A DNA stretch of 60,694 nucleotides, the filler included. It is 9 parts of 9 records of this genome, joined end to end, with 100 filler letters (N's around TTAATTAATTAA, not from the genome) between each part and the next. Parts side by side here need not be neighbours in the genome. Positions count along the whole stretch, not along the records: positions 38,699 to 43,854 come from SRR31147125_72862; positions 43,955 to 51,045 come from SRR31147125_72892; 7 more parts are not named here. One strand, given 5' to 3'. This document shows positions 41,301-51,145 of this stretch, piece after piece (positions within the stretch are counted from its first letter, which is position 1; the number at the start of each line of letters is the position of its first letter). Both the position numbers and the translations under genes were made by a program. Under the pieces are notes generated by a model, which had not been told where the DNA came from, did no database searches, and was given only the letters and a program-made list of their open reading frames with translations.

Positions 41301-42744
41301 ATGGATGCATTTGCTGTAGATATAGATCATGAGAGTATGATAGTTAAGATAACTTCTGAATGCTCTTCCGGGGTCAGTCAAAACCTCTGCGCAGCTCAAT
41401 CTGATGCTACGGGACGAGAATGTGTTTAAAGGTATCGATAAGGATGCTATAACCCTTGCATTCAGAGAATTGTCTGAACTTGCTGAAGCAAAAGAGTATG
41501 TTGTCGCCAGAGGTAGGGAGCCGGTACAGGGCAAGGACGGTTCATTTGAATTCCATGTAAATGTCAGTGGCAAGACAGAGTATAAAGGTGCAGAGGTAAC
41601 TGAGGGGCGCAAAGGAGTCGACTACCGTACAGCAACAACAATACAGACTGTTAAAAAAGGTGATCTCATTCTGACGATAACTAAGCCGACAGATGGTGAA
41701 GATGGTTATACTCTCGGCGGCAAGGTTCTCAATGCACGTACTGGCAAGCTTCCGGCGATTCGCTTTGGTGAAAGTGTTGTGGTCAGTAAAGACGGGACAA
41801 AGGTCTATGCACGTAATGATGGGCAGCCAGTATTCGATCACAGGATTCTTACTGTAAATTCGGTTTATGATGTACTCGGTGATGTATGTTATGAGACAGG
41901 TAATATATCATTCAATGGTCACGTGATAATCTCTGGTAATATTCTTGATGATTTTATTGTTGAAGCGCAGAGTCTGGAGATTAGAGGGGTTGTTGGTTCG
42001 GCTACAGTCAAGTGCAAAGGTGACTTGAGGATTCTTGGAGGAATCAATGGGCATGGCAAGGCTACTATTGTCTGCGGGGGTAATGCTGATATCAAGTTTA
42101 TCAATGCGGCTAATGTCGAGGTCAAGGGTGATCTCAATGTCAAGAAAGAGATTATCAATGCAGATGTCCGCTCAAATGGTCAGGTTGTAGCTGCGAAGAT
42201 TGTCGGTGGGCATGTACTCGGTCTCAAGGGCATAGATGTGCGTATTGTCGGTTCTGAGATAGGTACACCGACGATTCTGGAACCGGGCGCTAATTATGAG
42301 GTTCGCCGCATTGAGAACGCCATGCATGTGCTGAGTTCGCAGATTGATGAACTGATCAAACCATTCAAGACCTATGTCGGGGATAGAGAGTACTTTGTCA
42401 GGGCTGAGAAAGATAAGAAGACTCTGATCATCTCACGCCTTGAATACTTCAAAAAGGTCAAACATGCATACTTAAAACTTATTAAAGGCAAAGAGATATT
42501 TCAGACTGCTGAAAAATTTGTTCCGGTCAATGAGGTTGTAGTCTTCAAGAAACTTTATCATGATGTAAGTATAAAGACTGCTCTCTGTTCAAAGCAGTTT
42601 CTCAAAGCTGTCAGCGGACTGATAAGATTTGTAGAAGATATTGATACAGGGGATATCAAGACAAAGCCTTATAAAGAGGACACCTCCGCAGAGAAGGATG
42701 ATGAAGCAAAGGATGATGTAAAAGGTGATGGTGAGAAGAAATGA
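41301..42744 (+). CDS. FapA / DUF342 family protein (probable start 41301, frameshift near 41350)
   Basis: VARGREPVQGKDG, VKKGDLI, DVCYETGNISFNGHVIISGNI beta-helix repeats, GSEIGTPT. Confidence 0.82.
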
Positions 42745-43193
42745 GTAAAGATACTATATTGTTCAACAGAGAAAAGCTGGACGAACTTGAGAAACAGCTT
42801 GAATATATGGTGCATGGGCAGGGGTTTACTGTCTTCGTGATTGACACCAAACATACCCGTAGAAGAACTCTGGCAAATATGCTACATAAGATCGGTATAG
42901 AGAAGGTTATTGATGCTGAGAATTATGTCAAGGCAGTCAATGCACTGCACGGCAGAGAGGAAGATGTCAATATTATACTCTGTATTATGGAGCTGGACAA
43001 AGTAAATGGGATAAAATTTCTCACAGATTATATCCGCAAAGCCCCAAAAAGCAGAGGGGTTATTCTGGTTGATGAGGTAGCACCGAAGCTACAGCAGATT
43101 GTCGATATGAGTAAACTTCTTGAACTGCTCAAAAGACCGTTTCAGGAAGATGAGCTGCGTGAGGTTATTAAAAAATTTGGAGTTCCGTTTTAA
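42741..43193 (+). CDS. Receiver-like (CheY-fold) protein lacking the phosphoacceptor Asp
   Basis: VFVID, ILCIMELDKVNG, LKRPF pattern; ATGA coupling to FapA. Confidence 0.65.
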   Translation: MSKDTILFNREKLDELEKQLEYMVHGQGFTVFVIDTKHTRRRTLANMLHKIGIEKVIDAENYVKAVNALHGREEDVNIILCIMELDKVNGIKFLTDYIRKAPKSRGVILVDEVAPKLQQIVDMSKLLELLKRPFQEDELREVIKKFGVPF

Positions 43194-43325
43194 AGAGTGC
43201 TGAATCACGTTTCAGACCATGTCTTTTCTCTCCTCTATATCTGGTTAATTATTTTCTATCTTGCTTTTCATTGATGGGTTGATATATAATAAATATATGT
43301 AATTGTTACCCTGAAGGAGATTGTC

Positions 43326-43854
43326 ATGAATAAAAAATGCCAGATCTGTAAAATTGCGCCTGCAACGATTCACCTTACAGATATAAAGAATAATATAAAA
43401 AAAGAATTGCATATTTGCGAAGACTGTGCAAAGAAGCATGGTATAAATATTAATAAATCTGTTTCGCTGGAGAAAATTTTTAATAATAATCCTGATGAAC
43501 TGATTAGTTCACTCAAGGTGTCTCTCAGCTCTCTTGATAATGAAAAATTTGAAGAAAAGAAGAAAAAGGTGGATAAAGTTTGCAGTTATTGTGGTATGAA
43601 CTGGAAGGAGTTTCGTAAAGAAGGTCGGCTCGGGTGTCCGCATGATTATCAGGTCTTTAAAAATGGTTTACTACCGTTACTTGAGGATGTACATTGTGCG
43701 ACAGAGCATCACGTAGGGAAGATTCCTGATGCTGATGTTCAGGTGCAGCGGTATAATGATATTATCGAGCTCAAGCGCAAGCTTCGTGATGCGATAATAA
43801 AAGAGGATTATGAATCTGCAGCAAGTCTCAGAGATAAGATCGAAGAGCTTGAAA
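43326..43854 (+). CDS. mcsA: McsA-like protein (CXXC motifs + UVR domain), 3' truncated
   Basis: CQIC...ATIHLT...HICEDCA, CSYCG, GRLGCPHDY, HVGKIP, EDYESAASLRD. Confidence 0.88.
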
Positions 43855-43954
43855 NNNNNNNNNNNNNNNNNNNNNNNNNNNNNNNNNNNNNNNNNNNNTT
43901 AATTAATTAANNNNNNNNNNNNNNNNNNNNNNNNNNNNNNNNNNNNNNNNNNNN

Positions 43955-44511
43955 GCAGGGTTGAACGCAACAGCACTCAGAAAGAGTTAATCTGCGAAAC
44001 CGCGTCACAATTCATCGAAGATGGCGATATTATCTTCATCGACTGCGGCACAACCCTCTTCCGGCTGGCCCACTTCATAAAAGACAAACGCATCAGAGTC
44101 ATCACCAACTCGCTGCCGGTAGTCTCAGAACTGCTGACCAACCAGTTGGTACGCCTCAGTTTTGTGGGGGGCGACATCGATCAGGACAGACAGGCCTCAT
44201 ATGGAAGAATCGCCGAAAAAACCATCGCAGAATTTCGGGCTGACAAAGCCTTCATCGGCATGGACGGCGTATCGCTCTCCAACGGACTCAGCTCGTTCGA
44301 TGAGAAAGAGGGCATGGTGACCAAAGCCATGGCAGAGCATGCCGAAAAAGTCTATCTGCTGTGTGATTCATCGAAAGTGGAAAAAGATTCCTATTTCAGG
44401 TTTGCGCCGATTTCACTGATCGACACGCTGGTAACCGACTCCGTGGTCAGTGAACGGTTGATACAGCTCTATAGGGAAAAGGGAGTGCGCATAATATCAA
44501 GCAGCACTTGA
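43955..44511 (+). CDS. DeoR/GlpR family regulator, sugar-binding domain, 5' truncated
   Basis: Frame open from the contig edge: GDIIFIDCGTT, VITNSL, ADKAFIGMDG, LCDSSK. Confidence 0.9.
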
Positions 44512-44567
44512 TTTTCAGGAGTTTTTTGAGAACAAAAAACACTACATACAATATTTGGAGGAATAAC

Positions 44568-45935
44568 ATGGGAAAAGATTGGTGGAAAGCGAACGCGGAG
44601 GGAGTTCCGCATCTGGTAACAGACCTGCCGGGACCTAAATCGGTAGCGATGCACGAAAGAACAACAAAGTATATGCACGGACTCAGCGGCCAGGTGAAAC
44701 TGTTCCCCGTCTGCTTTGATGAAGGCTATGGAATTACCCTGACAGACGTTGACGGCAATAAATACCTCGACTTTTCATCGGGAATCTACGTAACTTCCCT
44801 GGGACACTGTCACCCGAAAATCTCGGACGCCATCGCCTACTGGGCAAAACGGCTCATGAACGCGCACGACTTTACCACCCCGGTAAAGGAAAAGCTGATG
44901 GAAAAGATGGCCGACGTACTTCCCGGTAAGCTGAACGCCATCCAACTCTACAGCGACGGAACTTCGGCGGTTGAAGCCGGACTCAGAGCCGCTAGAGCCA
45001 TAACCGGCAAGCACGAATTCATCTCCTGCTTCCGCGACTTCCATGGAAAGAGCATGGGAGCAGTCAGCCTGGCGCAGATGGTACGCGGCGATGTATTGAG
45101 CTACGGACCCACCAGAGCGCCCGGATTCTATATGGTTCCGCGCCCCAATCCCTATCGACCCACCTTCGCGAAACCGGACGGCACCATCGATACCGACCGC
45201 TACATCGAATACTACGAAGAGTTCCTGCAGGAAGGAACCGTCGGCAACGTAGCCGCTTTCGTACTGGAACCGGTACAGGGCTGGGGCGGATCTATCTTCC
45301 CTCCCGATGACTTCTTCCCGAAACTGAAAGCACTCTGTGAAAAACACAACATCCTGCTGATGGACGACGAAGTACTGGCAGGCATGGGACGAACCGGAGA
45401 ATGGCTCACCATGAACCACTGGGACGTAGTACCCGATATCGTGACCTTCGGAAAATCATTCGGAAACGGATTCCCCGTAACCGCCATGGTCGTCAGCGAA
45501 CAGAACGCCGAAGCGCTGGACAGAATATCGGCATCATCAAGCTACGGTGGAAACCCGATGGCATGTGCCGCGGCTCTGGCATCAATTGAGGTAATCGAAG
45601 AAGAAGATCTGCTTGCCAACGCGACCAGGGTAGGAAAATACTTCATGAAACGCATGGAAGCGATGAAGGAAAACCATCCCATCATCGGTGACGTGAAAGG
45701 TAAGGGCATGCTGCTCGGTATCGAACTCGTGAAAGACAAGGCAACCAAGGAGCCCTTCGAAGAAGCCGGCAAGCTGGTATACCAGAAGGCGTTCAATAAG
45801 GGCTTGGCATGGATTCCTGCCGGACATATCCTGCGCATGTCTCCTCCTATTATTATGGACGAGAAATATGCTGAGATGGGTCTGCAGATGATTGAAGAAG
45901 CCATCACAGAAGTCGAGAAAGAGTTCGGTTACTAG
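44568..45935 (+). CDS. Class III PLP aminotransferase
   Basis: DVDGNKYLDF, FHG, EPVQGWGG, DEVLAGMGRTG, PDIVTFGK, RMSPP. Confidence 0.93.
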   Translation: MGKDWWKANAEGVPHLVTDLPGPKSVAMHERTTKYMHGLSGQVKLFPVCFDEGYGITLTDVDGNKYLDFSSGIYVTSLGHCHPKISDAIAYWAKRLMNAHDFTTPVKEKLMEKMADVLPGKLNAIQLYSDGTSAVEAGLRAARAITGKHEFISCFRDFHGKSMGAVSLAQMVRGDVLSYGPTRAPGFYMVPRPNPYRPTFAKPDGTIDTDRYIEYYEEFLQEGTVGNVAAFVLEPVQGWGGSIFPPDDFFPKLKALCEKHNILLMDDEVLAGMGRTGEWLTMNHWDVVPDIVTFGKSFGNGFPVTAMVVSEQNAEALDRISASSSYGGNPMACAAALASIEVIEEEDLLANATRVGKYFMKRMEAMKENHPIIGDVKGKGMLLGIELVKDKATKEPFEEAGKLVYQKAFNKGLAWIPAGHILRMSPPIIMDEKYAEMGLQMIEEAITEVEKEFGY

Positions 45936-45983
45936 GACTCGGTTGTACGAAACCGACAACTAGACGTAAGGAGAAGCTGAATT

Positions 45984-47141
45984 ATGAAAACGCAAACGCG
46001 TACAGTGAAGTTTGGAATAATCGGCATCGGATTGATGGGTCGCGAGTTTGCCAGTGCCGTGATGCGCTGGCCCCATCTGCCCGAAATGGGGGTGAAACCC
46101 GAAATCGTGGCTATCTGCGGCAACCCGATCACCCCAGAAGAGATCGATTGGTACAAGAGCGGCCTCAGTACCATCACCCAGATCACCGAAGATTATAAGG
46201 AGCTGCTGGCGAACCCGGAAGTTGAGGCGGTCTACTGTGCCGTTCCGCACTTCCTGCACGAGCAGTTCTACATCGATATTATTAAAGCGGGCAAGCACCT
46301 GCTAGGCGAGAAACCCTTTGGAATAGACAAAAAGGCCAGCGACGCCATCATGGAGACCATCAAAGAAAATCCGGATGTATTCGTGCGCTGCTCTTCCGAG
46401 TTTCCGTTTGCCCCGGCCATGCAGCGCCTGTGCGACATGCTGGAAGCCGGTGAATTTGGGCGCATCGTCGAAGTAGAGGCGGGATTCCTGCACTCAAGCG
46501 ATATGAATTTGAACAAAGCCATTAACTGGAAACGCATGATCAAGGCCAACGGCGAATACGGCTGTATGGGCGATCTTGGTATCCATGTCTGTCATGTACC
46601 GTTTCGCGCCGGCTGGATTCCAAATTCAGTACGGGCAGTATTGAGCAATCTTGTGCCCGAACGACCCGACGGAAAAGGCGGCATGGCGGAGTGTGAGACC
46701 TGGGACAACGCGACATTACTCTGTGATGTCACCGAACCCGATGGAAATATTTTCCCTATGACCCTCAAGACCCAGCGTATCGCACCGGGAGAGAAGAACA
46801 CCTGGTATCTCACCGTGAAGGGCATGCAGGGATCGGCTATTTTCAATACGAAGAACATCGATTCCCTCGAATATATGCGCTACACGGGCGGCGATCAGGC
46901 CTGGTGCCGGGAAGATATGGGACACGAGACGGCCTTCAAATCGATTACCGGAGCCAATTTCGAGTTCGGTTTTTCCGACGCCATCCTGCAGATGTGGGCA
47001 TCGTTCATGTATGAACTTGAACATGGCGCGCCCCCCAAGAAATTTGCCGGATGCGTTACACCGGAGGAAGCCGCCATCAGCCACAGGCTATTTACGGCAG
47101 CCCTGAATTCCAGCAAGAACAACTCTGTGGAAAAGGTGTAG
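45984..47141 (+). CDS. Gfo/Idh/MocA oxidoreductase
   Basis: GIIGIGLMG, HLLGEKPFG, INWKR, MGDLGIH. Confidence 0.9.
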   Translation: MKTQTRTVKFGIIGIGLMGREFASAVMRWPHLPEMGVKPEIVAICGNPITPEEIDWYKSGLSTITQITEDYKELLANPEVEAVYCAVPHFLHEQFYIDIIKAGKHLLGEKPFGIDKKASDAIMETIKENPDVFVRCSSEFPFAPAMQRLCDMLEAGEFGRIVEVEAGFLHSSDMNLNKAINWKRMIKANGEYGCMGDLGIHVCHVPFRAGWIPNSVRAVLSNLVPERPDGKGGMAECETWDNATLLCDVTEPDGNIFPMTLKTQRIAPGEKNTWYLTVKGMQGSAIFNTKNIDSLEYMRYTGGDQAWCREDMGHETAFKSITGANFEFGFSDAILQMWASFMYELEHGAPPKKFAGCVTPEEAAISHRLFTAALNSSKNNSVEKV

Positions 47142-47167
47142 TAGTCAGAATTTAGACTTCGGGAAAA

Positions 47168-47244
47168 TATGCAGAAAGCATGTAGAAGGTATGCATAAAG
47201 TATGCAGAAGGTTTGCAGAGGGCATTTAGAAGGCATTCAGTTGG
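47168..47244 (+). repeat. Seven degenerate 11-bp tandem repeats (consensus YATGCAGAAGG), ending in a hairpin at 47228-47253
   Basis: TATGCAGAAAG CATGTAGAAGG TATGCATAAAG TATGCAGAAGG TTTGCAGAGGG CATTTAGAAGG CATTCAGTTGG. Confidence 0.85.
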
Positions 47245-47307
47245 ATGCCTTCTCGGTGTGCCAGGAAAGCTTACGAATAACCAGTCCAAACAGTGAGGAG
47301 AATAGTA

Positions 47308-48621
47308 ATGGGAAAATTGAGGGCGGGAGCCCATGAAACAATCATAACACCAATAGACAGCCAGTTCCTTTTCGGCTATCCGCATGTGGAACGCTTCAGT
47401 ACGGGCGTGCACGATGACCTCTACGCCGCCGCGCTCTATCTGGATGACGGCACAACCGAAATCATGTTCATCGCCCACGACCTGATATTCGTGGACAGAA
47501 AGCTTTCACAGAAAATTCGGGATGATATCACGGCCAAAACCGGTATTCCCAAGAAGAATATCATGATAACGGCTACCCATACCCACTCCGGACCCAAGAT
47601 GAACGATTATGCCAGTAACGTGAATGACCCCGTCGTTCCCCTGGCTGATAAAGCCTACAAGCAGCTGGTGCGGGAGCGCTCGGTGGATACCGCCGTAAAA
47701 GCCTGGCAGAAAGCCCAGCCGGCAGTGTTGGGAACAGCGCTGGCCGACAGTACCGGAATCGGAACCAACCGCCGCGATCCGGCCGGACCCGCGGACCATC
47801 AGGTACCCGTTCTGGCCGTAATGGATGAGGAACGCAGCACCTACCTGGCCTGCATGATGATCGGATCGATGCATCCCACGGTTCTGCACGAAGACTCCAA
47901 GCTAGTCAGTGCCGATTTTCCCGGCATGGCAAAGCAGTATCTGAAAAAACATGTGATGGGCAGTGACTGTGTCATGCTCTACCATAACGGACCCTGCGGA
48001 AACCAGAGCCCGCGCCACGTGGTAACCGGTACCACCTTTGCCGAAGCGGAACGGCTGGGAACCATTCTCGGCAAGGCCGTTGAGAAAGCAGCCGAGTCCG
48101 TCATGATTCTGGATGATGTAGAGCTTGGTGCCGCGAATACCTTTTTCGAAGACATGCCGCGCAAGGTCTTTCCGCAGATGGATAAAGCCGAAGCGAAACT
48201 GAGCCGCCTGCTGAAGCAGATGGAAGAGATGAAGATCGCCAAGGCTCCCCGGGCCGAAATCCGGACTCTTGAGTGCGATATTTTCGGAGCCGAGGAGGTG
48301 GTTACGCTCTCTACCATGTCCGCCGACGGTAGTCTGGAGGCCTATTATCAGGAGAGCCTTCCCGCTGAAGTGCAGATACTGAAAGTCGGACCCTGGAATT
48401 TTGCGGGCTGGTCGGGTGAAGTATTCGTGGAATACGGACTGGCCGTAAAAGCCGAATTCCCCAACACCTTCGTGATTTCGCTTGCCAACGGCGACTTCCA
48501 GGGCTATATCGTGACCGAAGAAGCCGCCGAAGAGGGCGGGTACGAGGCATCCAACGCCATGTTCACCCCCGAAGCGGGAGCCGCGCTGGTTGCTGCCACA
48601 CGGAAACTGCTAACTGAATAG
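47308..48621 (+). CDS. Neutral/alkaline ceramidase-like amidohydrolase
   Basis: GVHDDLYA, TATHTHSGP, MHPTVL, SADFPG, GPCGNQSP, GEVFVEYG, GGYEA. Confidence 0.8.
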   Translation: MGKLRAGAHETIITPIDSQFLFGYPHVERFSTGVHDDLYAAALYLDDGTTEIMFIAHDLIFVDRKLSQKIRDDITAKTGIPKKNIMITATHTHSGPKMNDYASNVNDPVVPLADKAYKQLVRERSVDTAVKAWQKAQPAVLGTALADSTGIGTNRRDPAGPADHQVPVLAVMDEERSTYLACMMIGSMHPTVLHEDSKLVSADFPGMAKQYLKKHVMGSDCVMLYHNGPCGNQSPRHVVTGTTFAEAERLGTILGKAVEKAAESVMILDDVELGAANTFFEDMPRKVFPQMDKAEAKLSRLLKQMEEMKIAKAPRAEIRTLECDIFGAEEVVTLSTMSADGSLEAYYQESLPAEVQILKVGPWNFAGWSGEVFVEYGLAVKAEFPNTFVISLANGDFQGYIVTEEAAEEGGYEASNAMFTPEAGAALVAATRKLLTE

Positions 48622-48678
48622 ATTGTAAAAAGCAGCCAACGGGCTGCAGAATATGAATAAAAGAGAGGAGACAAGCCT

Positions 48679-50190
48679 GTGGATTGTGTGCTTGGGTACG
48701 ATCTTGGTACCAGTTATTTTAAAGCCTCAGTTGTAGGACGCGACGGCGTGGTGCTCGGAACGGGCAGGGTAAGAACTCCCAAAGCCACCGAAGGATCGGT
48801 CGTCACCATCACTCCAGTGGAATTCTGGAAAGCCATCAAAGGTTGTACCACCATGGCACTCGGGAAAGCCGGTGTCGGTGCCGATCAGGTGCGCGGCATC
48901 TCGTACGGTTCGCAGGCCAACACCTTTATCCTTTTTGATGAAAACATGCAGCCGCTGACCGATCTGGTGGTCTGGCCCACGGTCTATACCGAAGAGACAG
49001 ACCCGCGCATGACAGCATTATGGAACAGTCGTGATTATCTGAAAATTACCGGCCAGGGCTATACCGGCAACGGGTTCGCCATCGCCAAACTGCTGTGGCT
49101 ACGGGATCAGAACCCCGCCATGTGGGCACGCGTTCGACGCTTCATGACTATCTCCGACTACTTCATCTATGGATTGACCGGGTCGATGGTCACAGACGCC
49201 AGCTCATCCTCCCTGCTTGGCTGTCTGAACGTAAAAAAAGGCACATTCTGGGAAGATGGTCTGGCGACGCTCGATCTCTCGCCCGAACTGTTTTCACCGG
49301 TCGTGCCGATGGGCGAGTTCTGCGGTGCTACGATAACGGACGCGGATAGGCGTGCCGGTCTGCCGGCTGGAGTCCCGCTCTTCAGCGGAGGGTTGGACCA
49401 TGTTGTGGCGGCTACCGGAGCCGGACTGGGTACGATTGCCGAAATCAGTGAATCGACCGGGACCGTGCTGGCCTGTCTTGCCGTACGGTCCGTCTATGCG
49501 CCCTGTGCCGAAAGAACCGGAAACGGAGCGGGCGGGAAGGGAATACTGCCGGAAGACTGCGATAACCCGACACCCGTATCCGTCGGAGCTGCCCTCGGCA
49601 GCGGAAACTATTCCTATCTCGCATTCCATGATCCGGGAGCGCAGGTGATTGAAGATTATCACAAGCAGTTTTTTTCAGAGATATCGATTGATGATATGCT
49701 GGCGCTGGCCTGTGACAGTAAACCGGGCTCTTCCGGCTTACGTTATCTGGATGAGCGTGACAACCTGGAAATGACGGCTCGTTTTGATGCAGGTTTGGGA
49801 GTCGGAGTTGATTACGATGAAATGGTATCCCGCTTCACGCAAGCCGACTTTATACGGGCCATTACCGAAAATATAGCCGGACGGATCCGTCAGCTGGCCC
49901 TGGCCGTTACCGGCGGGCAGGAGATACGCCGCATCGTTGCAACCGGGGGAGCAAACCGCTCCATGGACCTGCTGCAGGTGAAAGCGGACATGTTCTTTGC
50001 CGAGGTCGTCTCCTGTCGCGAGAAAGAGCTGGGAACATTCGGAGCCGCCATGATCGCGGCCCGCGGCTGCGGCTGGGCCGCTACGGTAGCGGAACTGCAG
50101 GAGTCGTGGATAGAGGTTGAACGCAAGGTGCAGCCCAATTACCGGCAGCATAAGCTGTATCAGGAGTGGTTTTCGGGTGGTACCGGTTAG
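48679..50190 (+). CDS. FGGY-family carbohydrate kinase
   Basis: LGYDLGTSYFKA, KLLWLR, ISDY, GGLDH, ESTGT, TGGANRS, GAAMIA. Confidence 0.9.
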   Translation: MDCVLGYDLGTSYFKASVVGRDGVVLGTGRVRTPKATEGSVVTITPVEFWKAIKGCTTMALGKAGVGADQVRGISYGSQANTFILFDENMQPLTDLVVWPTVYTEETDPRMTALWNSRDYLKITGQGYTGNGFAIAKLLWLRDQNPAMWARVRRFMTISDYFIYGLTGSMVTDASSSSLLGCLNVKKGTFWEDGLATLDLSPELFSPVVPMGEFCGATITDADRRAGLPAGVPLFSGGLDHVVAATGAGLGTIAEISESTGTVLACLAVRSVYAPCAERTGNGAGGKGILPEDCDNPTPVSVGAALGSGNYSYLAFHDPGAQVIEDYHKQFFSEISIDDMLALACDSKPGSSGLRYLDERDNLEMTARFDAGLGVGVDYDEMVSRFTQADFIRAITENIAGRIRQLALAVTGGQEIRRIVATGGANRSMDLLQVKADMFFAEVVSCREKELGTFGAAMIAARGCGWAATVAELQESWIEVERKVQPNYRQHKLYQEWFSGGTG

Positions 50191-50198
50191 TTAATACA

Positions 50199-50612
50199 TT
50201 AATTGATTAGCAGTTCGAAATCCTTGTTATACACACCAAAAATTTTCTCTAAAGTTTTTATTGTCGGATTACATTTTCTGGGGTTTTCCAGCTTTTGATA
50301 CGCTTGGTATGAAATTCCAAGTTCACTCGCTATTTCAGTTTGCGGACGACCGGCTCGTAATTCGCGAAGTTGTATTGCTATTGAAATATGAGGAAGAAGT
50401 TTTATCTCATGGAAGCTTTTGCCTCGATGGATTGTAGGTTTCGGTATTTCATAATTTCTTTCAAAATCTGATTCAATACAACCGTTCAATGCTTCTGATG
50501 CATGTGTAATAGCTTCTTCCAGTGATTCACCATATGTCAAAATGTTTGGGAAATCAGGAAATGTGACAAGAAATGTATCTGCTTCTTTGATTATTTTGGA
50601 AAAATACTTCAT
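50199..50612 (-). CDS. hicB: HicB family antitoxin with C-terminal XRE HTH
   Basis: VTFPDFPNILTYGESLEEAITHASEAL; QTEIASELGISYQAYQKLE. Confidence 0.88.
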   Translation of the reverse strand: MKYFSKIIKEADTFLVTFPDFPNILTYGESLEEAITHASEALNGCIESDFERNYEIPKPTIHRGKSFHEIKLLPHISIAIQLRELRAGRPQTEIASELGISYQAYQKLENPRKCNPTIKTLEKIFGVYNKDFELLIN

Positions 50613-50650
50613 TGTTTTAGTCCTGCCTGCTTAAGAATTGCATATGTCGT
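50609..50650 (-). pseudogene. C-terminal remnant of a HicA toxin
   Basis: TYAILKQAGLKQ-stop, overlapping the hicB ATG; no upstream HicA body. Confidence 0.65.
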
Positions 50651-50674
50651 TAATTCATAGTTTTTAAGATTATG

Positions 50675-50964
50675 CTATCCAATAGACAAGTTTACTTTTT
50701 CCCAAAACCGATCTCTACTATACGATACAGTGTTGATAATTGAATATCACTATGACCGTTTTCAATTCGAGAAATAAAACTTTTTCTTGTTCCTGTTTTC
50801 TCAGCTAATTGCTCTTGGGTCATATGTGCATCTTTTCTTGCTTCACGTAAAATTTCTCCAATTGCAAAAGCTTTGGCTTTTATCTCAAATTCAGTTCTCT
50901 TTTCGCTTCCAATCTTGCCATATCTTTGGTCTAAATGATCATCGAATGAGGTGAAATTATTCAT
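50675..50964 (-). CDS. XRE-family HTH antitoxin (HigA-like); end restored across an A-run frameshift
   Basis: [23 protein letters not shown]; adding one A gives GKKVNLSIG-stop. Confidence 0.82.
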
Positions 50965-51045
50965 GATAGTCCTCCAGTTCTTTTATATTTGAAATACTCA
51001 TTCTTTATCCGCATAGCTTTTTCAATCTCTTTCTTTGGTGTTTTT
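50961..51045 (-). CDS. 3' end of a RelE/HigB (Gp49/DUF891-like) toxin
   Basis: [18 protein letters not shown]...; stop overlaps the antitoxin ATG. Confidence 0.75.
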
Positions 51046-51145
51046 NNNNNNNNNNNNNNNNNNNNNNNNNNNNNNNNNNNNNNNNNNNNTTAATTAATTA
51101 ANNNNNNNNNNNNNNNNNNNNNNNNNNNNNNNNNNNNNNNNNNNN

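Noticed and set aside
47168-47244. Possible CRISPR array
   Set aside because: Units are 11 bp and contiguous, with no spacers and no cas genes.
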